Shown: positions 11,300 through 22,131 of the stretch, piece by piece
How the letters are laid out: each line of letters opens with the position of its first letter
Numbering within the stretch: position 1 is the stretch's first letter
DNA from: Bacillales bacterium UBA5578
GTDB lineage: Bacteria; Bacillota_I; Bacilli_A; RF39; UBA660
Assembly (NCBI GenBank): GCA_002425325.1
Contig: DIMA01000018.1
Location: forward strand, 8,259-72,258
DNA length: 64,000 bases
Direction: 5' to 3'
The notes under the pieces: generated by a model
Seen by the model: the letters and a program-made list of their open reading frames with translations, nothing else
Told to the model about the DNA's origin: nothing
Database searches by the model: none
Translations under genes and position numbers: made by a program

Positions 11300-12877
11300 A
11301 TGATTTTAAGAAAACCATATGCATTTGTAATAAAACACTTTAAATTAATTCATTTAATCTGTTTTGTTTTAGTAGGTTTATTAATAATGAATACATTAAC
11401 TACTATGACATTTTTAAATGAATTTTTAAAATCAAATTTAGCATATATAAATAGAGCTGATTTTAATAGTAATTTTAGTTGGACTTTATTGGTAGTACCA
11501 GTAGTAATACTTGCAATATTTATTGGTATTTCTGCTCTTATGTATATGAAACAAAAACCAATTAAATTTTATATATTTTCTATAATAGGGTTAAGTTTAA
11601 TATTTGCTTTCAATATATATGTTAGAGGCATAATGTATTCAATGATTGAAAGTATGCAATCAGTACAAACTATAAAAGTATTAGCGGACTTCTTGTTATT
11701 TTCAGTGTTTTTTGAATTATTTGTGTTATTAACATGTTTTATAAGAGGTATTGGATTTAATATTAGTAGATTTGATTTTAATACTGATTTAAATGAAATG
11801 ATTGAAGAAAACGATAATGAAGAAGTAGAATTTCAATTTGATTTAGATTTAAATGATATTAAAAGAAATAGTAATAAAACAAAAAGACAAATAAGATATT
11901 TTTATAAAGAGAATCAATCTATTATTAAATATACAGGAATGGTTATAATAGGAATATTTGCAATATTAGGTATAAAATTATTTTTAGATAGTAGAAAAGA
12001 TATTACTCGAGGTCCTATATCATATAATGATTTTACCTTTGAAGTAGTTGATAGTTATATTACTAATACTGATATTAATTATAAAGAATTAGATAATAAT
12101 ACGTATTTAATAGTTGTTAAAGCCAATATTACTAATGATAATACAAAAGAAGCACAAGTATTTAAAACAGGGACTTTAGTTTTAAATTTAGATAATAATT
12201 TATTTAAAACAACTGATGCATATGGAAATGCAACACAAGATATTGGTGATAATTATACTCACTTTGCAATAGCACCAGAACAAACAAAAGAAGTATTATT
12301 TACTTTTGCAATACCTAAGAATCATATTAAGTCAAAAAAATATATAGGCGTTAGGGATTTATATGGTCAACATACGACATATATTAAATTAAATCCTGAA
12401 AAACTATATAATATGAATGAAGAAAAAATAGAATCTAAGGTAGGAAAATCAATATTATTAGATAATAGTACTATCAAAGGTACTGAATTTACAATAAAGA
12501 ATGTTGAATTTGCTGAAAAATTTAAACTACAATATAACTACAGATATTCTAAAGATAAAACTTTTGCTTCAATAGAATATGTAACTCCTAAGGTATTAGA
12601 TAAAAAAGTTGATAAGGCAATTATGAAATTAAATATTAAGTATCATAATAAAGAGAGTAAAGAATTTATGTACTTAGTTGATAAATTTGGTTCGTTAGAA
12701 TATGAGATTGCTGGGAAAAAATATACTCAAAACAAAGGTATTAATAGAGTTATTCCAACTTCAATAAAAAATAACGAGATATATTATTTAGAAATTAATA
12801 AAAATATATTAGATGCTGATAAGGTTACATTAGTATTTAAAATAAGAAATATAGAATATAGATATAAGTTAAAATAG
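11300..12877 (+). CDS. Hypothetical membrane protein (about 5 TM, then extracellular beta-rich domains)
   Basis: Four N-terminal hydrophobic helices, acidic linker, fifth TM, then ~300 aa beta-strand-rich region (loosely DUF4352-like). Confidence 0.7.
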   Translation: MILRKPYAFVIKHFKLIHLICFVLVGLLIMNTLTTMTFLNEFLKSNLAYINRADFNSNFSWTLLVVPVVILAIFIGISALMYMKQKPIKFYIFSIIGLSLIFAFNIYVRGIMYSMIESMQSVQTIKVLADFLLFSVFFELFVLLTCFIRGIGFNISRFDFNTDLNEMIEENDNEEVEFQFDLDLNDIKRNSNKTKRQIRYFYKENQSIIKYTGMVIIGIFAILGIKLFLDSRKDITRGPISYNDFTFEVVDSYITNTDINYKELDNNTYLIVVKANITNDNTKEAQVFKTGTLVLNLDNNLFKTTDAYGNATQDIGDNYTHFAIAPEQTKEVLFTFAIPKNHIKSKKYIGVRDLYGQHTTYIKLNPEKLYNMNEEKIESKVGKSILLDNSTIKGTEFTIKNVEFAEKFKLQYNYRYSKDKTFASIEYVTPKVLDKKVDKAIMKLNIKYHNKESKEFMYLVDKFGSLEYEIAGKKYTQNKGINRVIPTSIKNNEIYYLEINKNILDADKVTLVFKIRNIEYRYKLK

Positions 12878-12887
12878 GAGGTAATAG

Positions 12888-13550
12888 ATGAAAAAGAAAA
12901 TATTATTTTTTATAATTGCATTATTATCTCCAATGATGGTTAATGCATTAAATTGTAGTGATGAAGAATATGCTAATGTATCAAAATTAGCATCAAACGT
13001 TAAATTAAGTTATGAATATAAAATAGATGAAAACAATAATATAACTTATGTTATTACATTTAGTAATTTAACAAGTGATATGAGAATATTAGATAATAAA
13101 CTAGTTAAAATATATCAAGGTTTTAGAACAGGTAGAGATTTTTCTTTTATTTCTACAGTTGATGGTTCATATAATTTTGAATTATATTCTATTAGTTGTT
13201 CATCTAAATTAACTAATAAAACAATACATATACCTAGTTATAATAAACTGGCTATTGATAAAAGATGTAATGGATTAGAAGAATATAATGTATGTAATAG
13301 ATGGTCAAGTTATACAGCTGATGAAGAAAAATTTGAGAAAGATTTAAAAGCAGCAAAAGAAGATTATAAAAAAAGAAACGAAACTAAAAAAGATAATAGT
13401 AAAAGAGAATATACTTTTATGGATCAATTAATTAGATTTGTAGCTAAATATTTGATTTTAATTGTTGGTATATTATTAATATTAATTTTAATTGCAAACT
13501 TACTTTATAAGAAACATAAAGAAAAAACTGAGTTTAACTTTAAATTATAG
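12888..13550 (+). CDS. Secreted protein with C-terminal membrane anchor
   Basis: Signal peptide (MKKK...VNA), several Cys, C-terminal TM with basic stop-transfer. Confidence 0.7.
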   Translation: MKKKILFFIIALLSPMMVNALNCSDEEYANVSKLASNVKLSYEYKIDENNNITYVITFSNLTSDMRILDNKLVKIYQGFRTGRDFSFISTVDGSYNFELYSISCSSKLTNKTIHIPSYNKLAIDKRCNGLEEYNVCNRWSSYTADEEKFEKDLKAAKEDYKKRNETKKDNSKREYTFMDQLIRFVAKYLILIVGILLILILIANLLYKKHKEKTEFNFKL

Positions 13551-13574
13551 TGGATTAATATCCACTATTTTTTT
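13547..13574 (+). terminator. Intrinsic terminator
   Basis: atagtgga-ttaata-tccactat plus T-run. Confidence 0.65.
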
Positions 13575-13653
13575 GTAAATAAAATGTCTTGTTTTTAAAC
13601 AGTATTTAATGTATAATTATTTTAGTGTAAAAATATGTAAGATAGGTGATTAT

Positions 13654-16600
13654 ATGATAAAAAAATTATTGAAAACATTAATAGTGACAAGTGTTTTCTT
13701 ATTAATATTAACTATGACATTTGTACCAAAAGTAAATGCTGAAGTATGGTCAGGAGGAGGAAACGGAAATCCATTTGTGCCAGGTAGTGGTGGACCGTCG
13801 AATTGTTTTAGAGAAGTTTTTGCTTTTGGAGTTAGAATAACAATTGTAGATATTAATTCGGGGCAAAGAATTTCTGGGACAAAAACGATTGATTATTGGC
13901 AAAATGTTAGCACTGCAAAACACGGGCCTGATATTTTAAAAATAGAAGGCTTTGATTATGGTCATTTTGGATATCATTCTAAGCAAGAAACTATTAATGG
14001 TATATCTACTATTGCTCAATATAGTTGGGATGATTCTAATAATAAGTTATTACAAGATATTGGAATAATGTCAACCACAAATTATGCTGCAAAAACATAT
14101 GATGCTACAGATACTGTATATGGTAATAACTGTGCTAATGATGTAAGACAAGAATTAGATATTTGGTTTCAAAATAAAGAAAAAACTAAGATAGCTAAAA
14201 TATTAACAAATGCAGGAGTAACAGGAAATAATACTGAAGAAATAATCAATAAGTCAAAAAACTATGTTATTCAAATAGAACCTTTAATGGCGACTGGTCA
14301 AACCTTTGCTTGTAATTCATCTCAAGATGGTAAAAGAATAGGTACGCCAACTCAATATTCTCTTCATTGGGATCAAGTTTATAATAATTATATATTAAAG
14401 GTTAGTTCATATTGGTATCCTTATATTTTTGCAAAAAAATCAGCAGGATATACTAAAGTAGCCAATTTAAATTTATGTGATTCGGTTATTGCTGATAATG
14501 TATCTAGAGCTACAATCGCTACAGATTCATGTATAGCTGTTTCTTTGTATAGAATAAAAGATATAGTAGATGACTTATGTCCTACAGAATATGAAAGTAA
14601 TAAAACAGCTATTTTAGGTAATAGAACAGTTAGAAATGAATTTATGAGCAGATATAATTTACCTAATGATTTTGATAGTAGTGGTAATTTAGGAGGATTG
14701 TCAGATTTAGCGTTAACTTTATATGGTGCTCCATCTAATGGAGATTTAGCATGTGGTACATATAGTTGTAATGATAATGCTAATGCTATATACAATAAAT
14801 TTTTTAGTTCTAATCCAACAAAGTATAATTCATTAATAACACAAATGTATAATAAATCTGGAAAAAAATATAATCTATTACTAACTCAATTTTGGCAAGT
14901 TGCAAATCCAAGTGGGCCAACGTGTGGTAAAACAGAATCATGTCTTGCTACAAAAGATATAAATTGTGATACGGCTAGTAATAAAGTATTAGTAATATCT
15001 GATTCTAATGAAAAAAGATGTTGGTATACTAATGAAATAGGATATAACAATCAAAGTAGTCATATTATTCCTATAAAAGCTAAAGATACTGGCTGTGTTG
15101 ATGGTGTTGAAGATAGTTGTAATACTTACAGAGATACGGGTTGTAAAATAGTTTGTAGACAAACTGTTACGTTTGAATTTCCAGGAAATGTTGTTAATAA
15201 AGTAAAAGCTGGTATGGTATTTAAATGGGGAACAGATAACAATAAATCAACTAGTTTGTTTGGAAAAATGAAAGTTAAAATGACTTGTCAAGTTAAGTCG
15301 AATGGAAATGATTGTAGAACTCATAAGAGAATACATAGGGCTAATGATAAATGTTATCATAAAAGTTCTTGGAAGGATTCTAAATCTGGGTTTGTATGCT
15401 ATGGCGGTTGGGAAGATCAAGAAGTTGATGATCTATCTAGTTGCAAAACCCCTTATCCACCAGGTCATGCAAAAGCTGGTGAATGTAAAGAATATAATAA
15501 AAAAACACAATATAGATGTAAAGAAATTCATAGTTTTGACTGGGCAACTTGGGTGCCAGCCCATGGATATTTAAATTCTACAGTTAAATTACCGGATTTA
15601 AGTAACTTAGATACTAAAGTAAATATAGATTATAACTTAAGATATAGTGTAAATGGTGATTTGGAAAAAACACTTATAAGTGGTGAGTCTCAAAATAATG
15701 GAGCAACAGTTACTTGCTATAAAGGTGCTAAAAATAATTGTAAATTAGGTGGCTTAGATATATCTACACATACGAGAGATGTAGTCGGAACATATGAGTT
15801 AAAATATACTAAAAAATTTAATTGGTATTCATCTAAATTAGATGGTACATTATATGATAAGAGTGATTATGATTCAAAAACATCGTCTGATAGTAGTAAA
15901 AAATCATTCTATTACTATATAGGATATAGTATGCCTACTTCATTTAAAACTCATTCTGGAACTTATAATGATAAATTAGTCGCTACTGTAAGTAATGTTG
16001 GATTTAATGATCATTTTGATAGTTTATTAGGTGGAACTGGTTCGTTTGTATATTCTTGTGGATTAAAAATTCATAACGAAATATATGATAACGAATGTTA
16101 TGATGAAAATGGTAATCTTTTACCAAATGCTCCGGCATATTGTTTACCTTCAAATGATCCAAAAGGAATAGACGTTGTATTTAGAGAAGTTCAATTAATA
16201 AACGGTTCTACAGATAAACATATAAGATATGCATTCCCAGGTGCTAAGGCTAATGCATTCTCTAGTGGTAAACCTAGACAAAAAGGTGCAAACTGGGCGG
16301 TATTAACTAATCAAGAAATATATAATGTTTTAAATGTTAATGTATATAATAATAAACCAATGTATGAAATTAAATTAGATACAAGAGTTATTACAAATAT
16401 TAGAGATATTAATAAAAAAGCAAAAAACAAAAATAAAGATCCATATTCAGGTATGCATGATATGAGTGGTAATAACAAAACATTGGCTGGTGGCTTCATT
16501 GGATATAAATGTTTAGATGGAGTTAACGGAAAATATTGTGCTAGTTCATTCTTATCAGAGTTATATAATAAATATGGATTAACTGGTGAATGTATATGGA

Positions 16601-16668
16601 CATCAAATACAAGTGATAGAGCTAACAGAATAGCTAATGGTACATATAAAAAATGTAAAAATGTTTAA
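13654..16668 (+). CDS. Large secreted Cys-rich protein (1004 aa), adhesin-like
   Basis: AGGTGA RBS then ATG 13654; signal peptide ending VNA; about 30 Cys; no C-terminal anchor seen. Confidence 0.75.
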   Translation: MIKKLLKTLIVTSVFLLILTMTFVPKVNAEVWSGGGNGNPFVPGSGGPSNCFREVFAFGVRITIVDINSGQRISGTKTIDYWQNVSTAKHGPDILKIEGFDYGHFGYHSKQETINGISTIAQYSWDDSNNKLLQDIGIMSTTNYAAKTYDATDTVYGNNCANDVRQELDIWFQNKEKTKIAKILTNAGVTGNNTEEIINKSKNYVIQIEPLMATGQTFACNSSQDGKRIGTPTQYSLHWDQVYNNYILKVSSYWYPYIFAKKSAGYTKVANLNLCDSVIADNVSRATIATDSCIAVSLYRIKDIVDDLCPTEYESNKTAILGNRTVRNEFMSRYNLPNDFDSSGNLGGLSDLALTLYGAPSNGDLACGTYSCNDNANAIYNKFFSSNPTKYNSLITQMYNKSGKKYNLLLTQFWQVANPSGPTCGKTESCLATKDINCDTASNKVLVISDSNEKRCWYTNEIGYNNQSSHIIPIKAKDTGCVDGVEDSCNTYRDTGCKIVCRQTVTFEFPGNVVNKVKAGMVFKWGTDNNKSTSLFGKMKVKMTCQVKSNGNDCRTHKRIHRANDKCYHKSSWKDSKSGFVCYGGWEDQEVDDLSSCKTPYPPGHAKAGECKEYNKKTQYRCKEIHSFDWATWVPAHGYLNSTVKLPDLSNLDTKVNIDYNLRYSVNGDLEKTLISGESQNNGATVTCYKGAKNNCKLGGLDISTHTRDVVGTYELKYTKKFNWYSSKLDGTLYDKSDYDSKTSSDSSKKSFYYYIGYSMPTSFKTHSGTYNDKLVATVSNVGFNDHFDSLLGGTGSFVYSCGLKIHNEIYDNECYDENGNLLPNAPAYCLPSNDPKGIDVVFREVQLINGSTDKHIRYAFPGAKANAFSSGKPRQKGANWAVLTNQEIYNVLNVNVYNNKPMYEIKLDTRVITNIRDINKKAKNKNKDPYSGMHDMSGNNKTLAGGFIGYKCLDGVNGKYCASSFLSELYNKYGLTGECIWTSNTSDRANRIANGTYKKCKNV

Positions 16669-16695
16669 AACAAGGTTGATTAACCTTGTTTTTTA
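16668..16695 (+). terminator. Intrinsic terminator
   Basis: aaacaaggtt-gatt-aaccttgttt plus T-run. Confidence 0.75.
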
Positions 16696-16877
16696 TATAA
16701 TTTTCACATTTCAATATTTTGAAAAAAGGTATGGAATAAACATAAAAAGTATGTTATACTATTAATAGTATTTATGATAGGTAATAATAGATGTGTTGTT
16801 TTTATGGATTGGACACATCTTTTATACCGAGATAGTGCTGGTAATAGTTTATGTATATTTAGGTAGGAGGTGTCTGA

Positions 16878-17294
16878 ATGAAAGAATCATTTTGGGCAAT
16901 GATGGTTGTAGGACTTGGAATTGTTTCTATCTTGTTCATTTATTATTTTCAATCAGTTACAAATACAAGTGAACATAATTATGAATTAGTAAAAGAATCG
17001 ACTGAGGCTGCTATGTTTGACTCACTTGATCTTGCGGCTTATCGTCAAGATAGAACTATTAGGATTGATAGAGAAAAGTTTGTAGATAGTTTTTTAAGAA
17101 GATTTTCTGAAAATGCTAGTTTATCAAATGAGTATGATATCAAAATATATGATGTCAATCAAAAACCTCCAAAAGTTAGTATAAAAGTAACATCAAGAGG
17201 TAGTGATATTGCATTTAGTATAACTGGTGAAAGTGTTAATTCATATATTACTACACAAATTGATGGTATTTTAGAAGCTAAATATGCAAATTAA
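16878..17294 (+). CDS. Pilin-like single-TM protein (resembles DUF5411, from memory)
   Basis: MKES leader + hydrophobic helix; Y.LVKE.TEAAM.D...IDREKFV.SF.RRF...PPKVSI pattern. Confidence 0.55.
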   Translation: MKESFWAMMVVGLGIVSILFIYYFQSVTNTSEHNYELVKESTEAAMFDSLDLAAYRQDRTIRIDREKFVDSFLRRFSENASLSNEYDIKIYDVNQKPPKVSIKVTSRGSDIAFSITGESVNSYITTQIDGILEAKYAN

Positions 17295-17318
17295 GTTTAT
17301 TAGAGAGGGGAAATATTA

Positions 17319-18188
17319 ATGAATAATTTAGTTATTTCATCAAAAAAATTTATTACTAACAAAAATACAGTAACAATTATAGGTGTTGTTGTTATATTAG
17401 TTATTTTATATTTCTTATATAGCTCAACAGTAAGTAAAGCTACTCAAATGATTGAAGTTCCAGTAGCTGCAAAAACAATTAATCCACAAACACAAATAAC
17501 TGCAGATGATGTAACTTATATTGAAGTTGCTAATGCTGCAAAACCAGATAACGTTTTAACTAACGAAAATGATATCGTTGGTAAGTATTCTGGTGTAGGA
17601 TCAACTATTCCAGAAGGAAGTATGTTCTATGATCAAGCAGTTGTAGAAAAAGATGATCTACCTGGAAGTTGGTTAACTAGATTAGAAAAAAATTCATTAG
17701 GGGAATTAGATATTCCAATTTATATAAGTGTTGATACTACTACTACATATGGTAACTCAATTCAACCAGATATGTATGTTGATATCTATGTTAAAGCTGT
17801 TAATGAAAAAGAAGTATTAATGTTTGGTAAAATGTTAAGTAATATTAAAGTATTAGCTACAACTGATAGTGATGGTAAAGATGTATTTAGAAGTTCAGAA
17901 GATATTGGTACACCTGCTTTCTTAAATTTTGGTGTAAGTGCTGATAATTTTGATTTATTAAAGAAAGCAATCTACTTAGATGGTAAACAAATAGAATTAG
18001 TTGTTGTACCACATGGTGGTGCTGAAAAAGAAACAGGACTAGAAGTTAATGTATCAAGTGAATATTTAAGAGATTATATTCAAAATTTAACATTCGAATT
18101 ACCACAAAATGCTGAAGTAACAACTCCTGAAACTACTCCAGGAACAACACCAGAAGTTACTACTCCAGTTGTTACTCCAACAAATTAA
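17319..18188 (+). CDS. CpaB/RcpC-like SAF-domain Flp pilus assembly protein
   Basis: N-terminal TM; VPVAAKTI...ITADDV...DIVGKY...IPEGS (SAF); IQPDMYVDIY...L.NIKVLA (RcpC); TTPE-repeat tail. Confidence 0.8.
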   Translation: MNNLVISSKKFITNKNTVTIIGVVVILVILYFLYSSTVSKATQMIEVPVAAKTINPQTQITADDVTYIEVANAAKPDNVLTNENDIVGKYSGVGSTIPEGSMFYDQAVVEKDDLPGSWLTRLEKNSLGELDIPIYISVDTTTTYGNSIQPDMYVDIYVKAVNEKEVLMFGKMLSNIKVLATTDSDGKDVFRSSEDIGTPAFLNFGVSADNFDLLKKAIYLDGKQIELVVVPHGGAEKETGLEVNVSSEYLRDYIQNLTFELPQNAEVTTPETTPGTTPEVTTPVVTPTN

Positions 18189-18210
18189 TAATTATAGAAA
18201 AAGGGGATAG

Positions 18211-19536
18211 ATGATGGATAATATATTTGATCAAATGGACTTTGGTCCATTACAACAATATTTAGATAATGATGATGTTACAGATATTTCATATAGTAAT
18301 GGTGGACAAGTTTGGTTAAAAACATTATCACACGGAATATTTAGAATTGAAAATCCAGCTATAAACAATGCGTTTATGGAAAGACTGGCATTTCAATGTT
18401 CGAATGTTGTAGGGCATAGCTTTAATGCAGCCCATCCTTTTCTAGATAGTGAAGACGCTGAGTTACGTATGAATTTTATACATGAATCAATTGCAAAAAA
18501 TGGTATTGCATGTGTTATTCGTAAAACTCCAGCTAAAATAAGATTAGAAAAAGATAAAATTATAGCAGATAAATATATTACAGAAGATATTCATGAATTA
18601 TTAATTCATTGTGTTCATGGACATTGTAATATAATTGTATGTGGAGAAACAGGTTCAGGTAAAACAGAGTTTGTTAAATATTTAGCTTCACATACTAAAG
18701 AAAATGAAAAAATAATTACTATCGAAGATACTCTAGAACTTCACTTGGATAGAATTTATCCACATAGAGATATAGTTGCAATGAAAACTAATAATGTTGC
18801 TTCATATTCAGATGTTTTAGTTTCTTGTATGAGACAAAATCCAAAATGGATATTACTTTCCGAAGTTCGTAGTGCTGAAGCAGTTACTGCAACACGTAAC
18901 TCAATATCATCAGGACATTATATTTTATCAACAATACATGCTGATAAAGCTTCTTCTATTCCTAACCGTATGTATGGTCTTATGGAAACAAGTCAAGATG
19001 TTGATCAATTTTTAAAAACTTTTTATAGGTACATTCAAATTGGTGTATATATTAGAGGTTACCAAGATAAGAAAACTCAAAGATTTGTTCGTGAAATAGC
19101 AGAAGTTTGTGAATTTTATGTTACAGAAGAAAATGAAGCAAAATATAATGTAATTTATAAGAAAACCCCTGATGGAAAAGTTGTTAAGAAAGAACCAACT
19201 CAATATCTATTAGATTATCTTGAAAGTCAAGGTGTTATATTACCATCTGGTTTAATTAAAGAGGAAACTATAGATACAGGTGAAGTTGCATTTGGTGTTG
19301 ATACAATTTCTTCATCAGGTGGTATGAGTATTGAAGATTTTAATAATGGTAGTGATATGAATAACGGAGTCGAAATCCCTAAGGATATTAATGAAGATTC
19401 CGTAAATAATCAAGTTGATACACAACAAGTTGTTCAAACTGAAAATAATAGTGTATCTTCAGGGCAGGAAGTTGTACAAACAGTTCAACCAGTACAACAA
19501 CCATCAGTTAATCCAACTGAACAAAATATTGGTTAA
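18211..19536 (+). CDS. TadA/CpaF (VirB11-family) traffic ATPase
   Basis: L.QYL...DVTDI, Walker A GETGSGKT, TIEDTLEL, MRQNP.WILLSEVR..E, SGH...STIHA; acidic Q-rich C-tail. Confidence 0.92.
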   Translation: MMDNIFDQMDFGPLQQYLDNDDVTDISYSNGGQVWLKTLSHGIFRIENPAINNAFMERLAFQCSNVVGHSFNAAHPFLDSEDAELRMNFIHESIAKNGIACVIRKTPAKIRLEKDKIIADKYITEDIHELLIHCVHGHCNIIVCGETGSGKTEFVKYLASHTKENEKIITIEDTLELHLDRIYPHRDIVAMKTNNVASYSDVLVSCMRQNPKWILLSEVRSAEAVTATRNSISSGHYILSTIHADKASSIPNRMYGLMETSQDVDQFLKTFYRYIQIGVYIRGYQDKKTQRFVREIAEVCEFYVTEENEAKYNVIYKKTPDGKVVKKEPTQYLLDYLESQGVILPSGLIKEETIDTGEVAFGVDTISSSGGMSIEDFNNGSDMNNGVEIPKDINEDSVNNQVDTQQVVQTENNSVSSGQEVVQTVQPVQQPSVNPTEQNIG

Positions 19537-19556
19537 ATTAAATAGGAGGTGGATTT

Positions 19557-20462
19557 ATGTTAGGTATTTTAGCGTTTATATTAATAGGTGCAATTATTAT
19601 ATTTGTTATCTTATATAGAAATGCTAGTGGACAAAATCTATCAAGATATGTTGCGGAAAATACATCATTTATTTATGACAAATTTGCTCCATATACTTAT
19701 AGTTCTATAAGAGATAAAATTAAAGATTTAGGACAAGACTACACACCATATCAATATATGGTACAAGCTGTTGGTTTTGCAATAGGTGGAGCTATTATTT
19801 CATATTTATACTTTTATAATTTAATAATTTCTATTATTTATGGATTATGCGCAGTAGCAGTTACTCCATATTTAAATTATCTACGTTGTAAGAGATTATA
19901 TAGTGAATTTATTTTTGAACAAATTCAAGTATATACATCAAATACAATTATGGAATTTGCTACAACACAATCGTTTGTAAAATCACTTGAAGGTGTATAT
20001 AATTCAGGCGTGTTAGAAGATCCAGTAAAAACTGATGTTAAAGTAATGATAGATATGGCTTATGAAAACGGTACAATTGACCAATCATTAAGTTTCATGA
20101 GTACTAAATATGACTTCTATATGGTTAAGAATATGCATCAATTATTCTTACAAATTACAAATGAAGGTGCAAGAGATACAGCAGAATCTCTTGAAAATAT
20201 GTCTCAAGATATAGATACACTTGTTGAAAATGTATATAGAGATAGATTAGATAGAGCTCAATTCCATAAGAAATTTTTACAATTTGGAATTATATTATAT
20301 TTTATGTGTATGTTATTACAATTTATGTTAGGTAAAGATAAATATTTTGGTTTATTAGAATTATGGTATGTACAACTTATAATTCATGCTATATTAATTG
20401 TAAACTCTTACTTCTTGTTAAGTGGAGAAAAATATTATAATGAGAATGTAGGTGCTGAATAA
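19557..20462 (+). CDS. TadB-like membrane platform protein
   Basis: TM / 2 TM / helical cytoplasmic domain / 2 TM topology directly after TadA. Confidence 0.7.
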   Translation: MLGILAFILIGAIIIFVILYRNASGQNLSRYVAENTSFIYDKFAPYTYSSIRDKIKDLGQDYTPYQYMVQAVGFAIGGAIISYLYFYNLIISIIYGLCAVAVTPYLNYLRCKRLYSEFIFEQIQVYTSNTIMEFATTQSFVKSLEGVYNSGVLEDPVKTDVKVMIDMAYENGTIDQSLSFMSTKYDFYMVKNMHQLFLQITNEGARDTAESLENMSQDIDTLVENVYRDRLDRAQFHKKFLQFGIILYFMCMLLQFMLGKDKYFGLLELWYVQLIIHAILIVNSYFLLSGEKYYNENVGAE

Positions 20463-21247
20463 TGTGGTTTATTGTAATAGGTATTATATTAATTTTTATA
20501 TTAAATTATAATAAAGTAGTAGATACTCGTAAGTTTGTTACCGAATCTGGTGGTATTTTAAGTTATTTAATGGAAAATGATTATGAATTTTTATTAAATG
20601 TAAGATATCCTGGTAGAAATATTAATGCATATACAAGATTTCAAAAAAGATTAAGAGATGGTATTTTAGGAATACTTATTGTAATGTTTATTTTTATAAA
20701 TCAAATGTCATTGTTATATTTTGTAATTGCTGTAGTTGCAGGGTTCTTTGTTTTTAAAAATGATTATAATAATCTAAAAAGATACTATAAAGCAAATTTA
20801 AATCACGTTAATTCAATGCTTCCATATTATCTAAAAAACTTAGAAATATTAGTACAACATTATACAGTACCAGTTGCTTTAAGCAGAAGTATTGATAGTG
20901 CGCCTGAAGTATTCAGACCTGGACTAAGAAGATTAGTAGCAAAAATAGATGGTGGAGATTCAAGTGTTCAACCTTATATAGATTTTGCAAATGAGTATCC
21001 AGTTCGTGATTCAATGCGTATGATGCGTTTATTATATCGTTTAGGACTTGGTAGTCAACAAAATAAACATGATCAAGTAATGATGTTTTCTAGAACTGTT
21101 TCTGCTTTACAAAATAAAGCACGTGAACAAAAATATCAAAATCGTCTAGAAACAATGGAAAATAAAACATTAGTTATGCTTATTACTGCAGTAGCAGGTA
21201 TGTTAGCATTATTATTTATATCAATGATGCAAATAATGAATTTTTAA
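20462..21247 (+). CDS. TadC-like membrane platform protein
   Basis: LPYYL..L.IL....VP.AL T2SSF-like pattern, C-terminal TM; coupled to tadB-like gene via TAATG. Confidence 0.7.
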   Translation: MWFIVIGIILIFILNYNKVVDTRKFVTESGGILSYLMENDYEFLLNVRYPGRNINAYTRFQKRLRDGILGILIVMFIFINQMSLLYFVIAVVAGFFVFKNDYNNLKRYYKANLNHVNSMLPYYLKNLEILVQHYTVPVALSRSIDSAPEVFRPGLRRLVAKIDGGDSSVQPYIDFANEYPVRDSMRMMRLLYRLGLGSQQNKHDQVMMFSRTVSALQNKAREQKYQNRLETMENKTLVMLITAVAGMLALLFISMMQIMNF

Positions 21248-21365
21248 AAAAGAAAATAGTTTATGTTTTCTTTTTTTTTATTAAATTTAAAAATTATATA
21301 AAAATCTTGTTTAATATATAAAATAATGATATAATTATCATAGTGTAAAGATAGGTGGTGAGGTT

Positions 21366-21599
21366 ATGAAAGAAGCAGCTGGAGAAGCTAACTTAACTGT
21401 TGTTGCAATTATCTTAATAGCTGTTGTAGTTGCTGTTGCTACACCATTAGTTAATAGTTTAATGGAAAACTCTGCAAATAGATCTTGTTGTACTGATGCA
21501 GGTGGTGTATGGAAAAGCAGTAAATGTACAAAAGCTAGTGGAAGTAAGGATTATGATTCAAAGAGTTATAATTCTTGTGTTAGTGCTGCAACAAAATAA
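21366..21599 (+). CDS. Flp-like small pilin (atypical), with own promoter
   Basis: 77 aa; MKEAAG leader then ~20 hydrophobic residues, 4 Cys. Preceded by terminator-like hairpin and TTGTTT...TGnTATAAT (21307-21335). Confidence 0.6.
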   Translation: MKEAAGEANLTVVAIILIAVVVAVATPLVNSLMENSANRSCCTDAGGVWKSSKCTKASGSKDYDSKSYNSCVSAATK

Positions 21600-21622
21600 T
21601 TTAGGTAGGAGGATAATAGCTT

Positions 21623-22117
21623 ATGCGTGAAAGTATTGGAACAATCTCTTTATTAAATTTTATTTTTATATATATTTTTATAGTGATGGCGATAATTGCT
21701 GGAACTATAAGCTATTATCGTGCTTATCGTGTTAACAATGTTATTGTTAGAGCTATAGAAAAATATGAAGGTTACAATAAACTATCTGCTGAAGCAGCTG
21801 AAGAAGGACTAGTAACATTAGCATATGAAAGAATTAATATTGACTGTGCTAAAAACAGAAAACAATATGTTGATAAAACTCATTATATTACTGGTAAATT
21901 AGCTAATTCAGGTACTTATAAAACAGATGGTTATTGTGTATATAGATATGAAAATGATACTTCATTTAAAACTAAAAGTGGTAGTTTAGCTACAACTGAT
22001 AGATATGATACATATGAAGTTGTGACATATATGTCATTGAATATTCCATTTTTAAATAATGTATTAAAAATGAAAACAAGCGCAAAAACATTAAGAATTT
22101 ATCATTTTGCAGATTAA
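21623..22117 (+). CDS. TadE/F-like pseudopilin
   Basis: MRESIG + hydrophobic helix; paralog of next gene (Y.RAY...N.I...EK.E; YCV; Y.V.T.M...IP). Confidence 0.55.
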   Translation: MRESIGTISLLNFIFIYIFIVMAIIAGTISYYRAYRVNNVIVRAIEKYEGYNKLSAEAAEEGLVTLAYERINIDCAKNRKQYVDKTHYITGKLANSGTYKTDGYCVYRYENDTSFKTKSGSLATTDRYDTYEVVTYMSLNIPFLNNVLKMKTSAKTLRIYHFAD

Positions 22118-22131
22118 TAAGAGGTGACTAA

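Noticed and set aside
16760-16877. c-di-GMP or other known riboswitch before the pilus operon
   Set aside because: No consensus motif of a riboswitch I know is visible; kept only as an unassigned structured leader.
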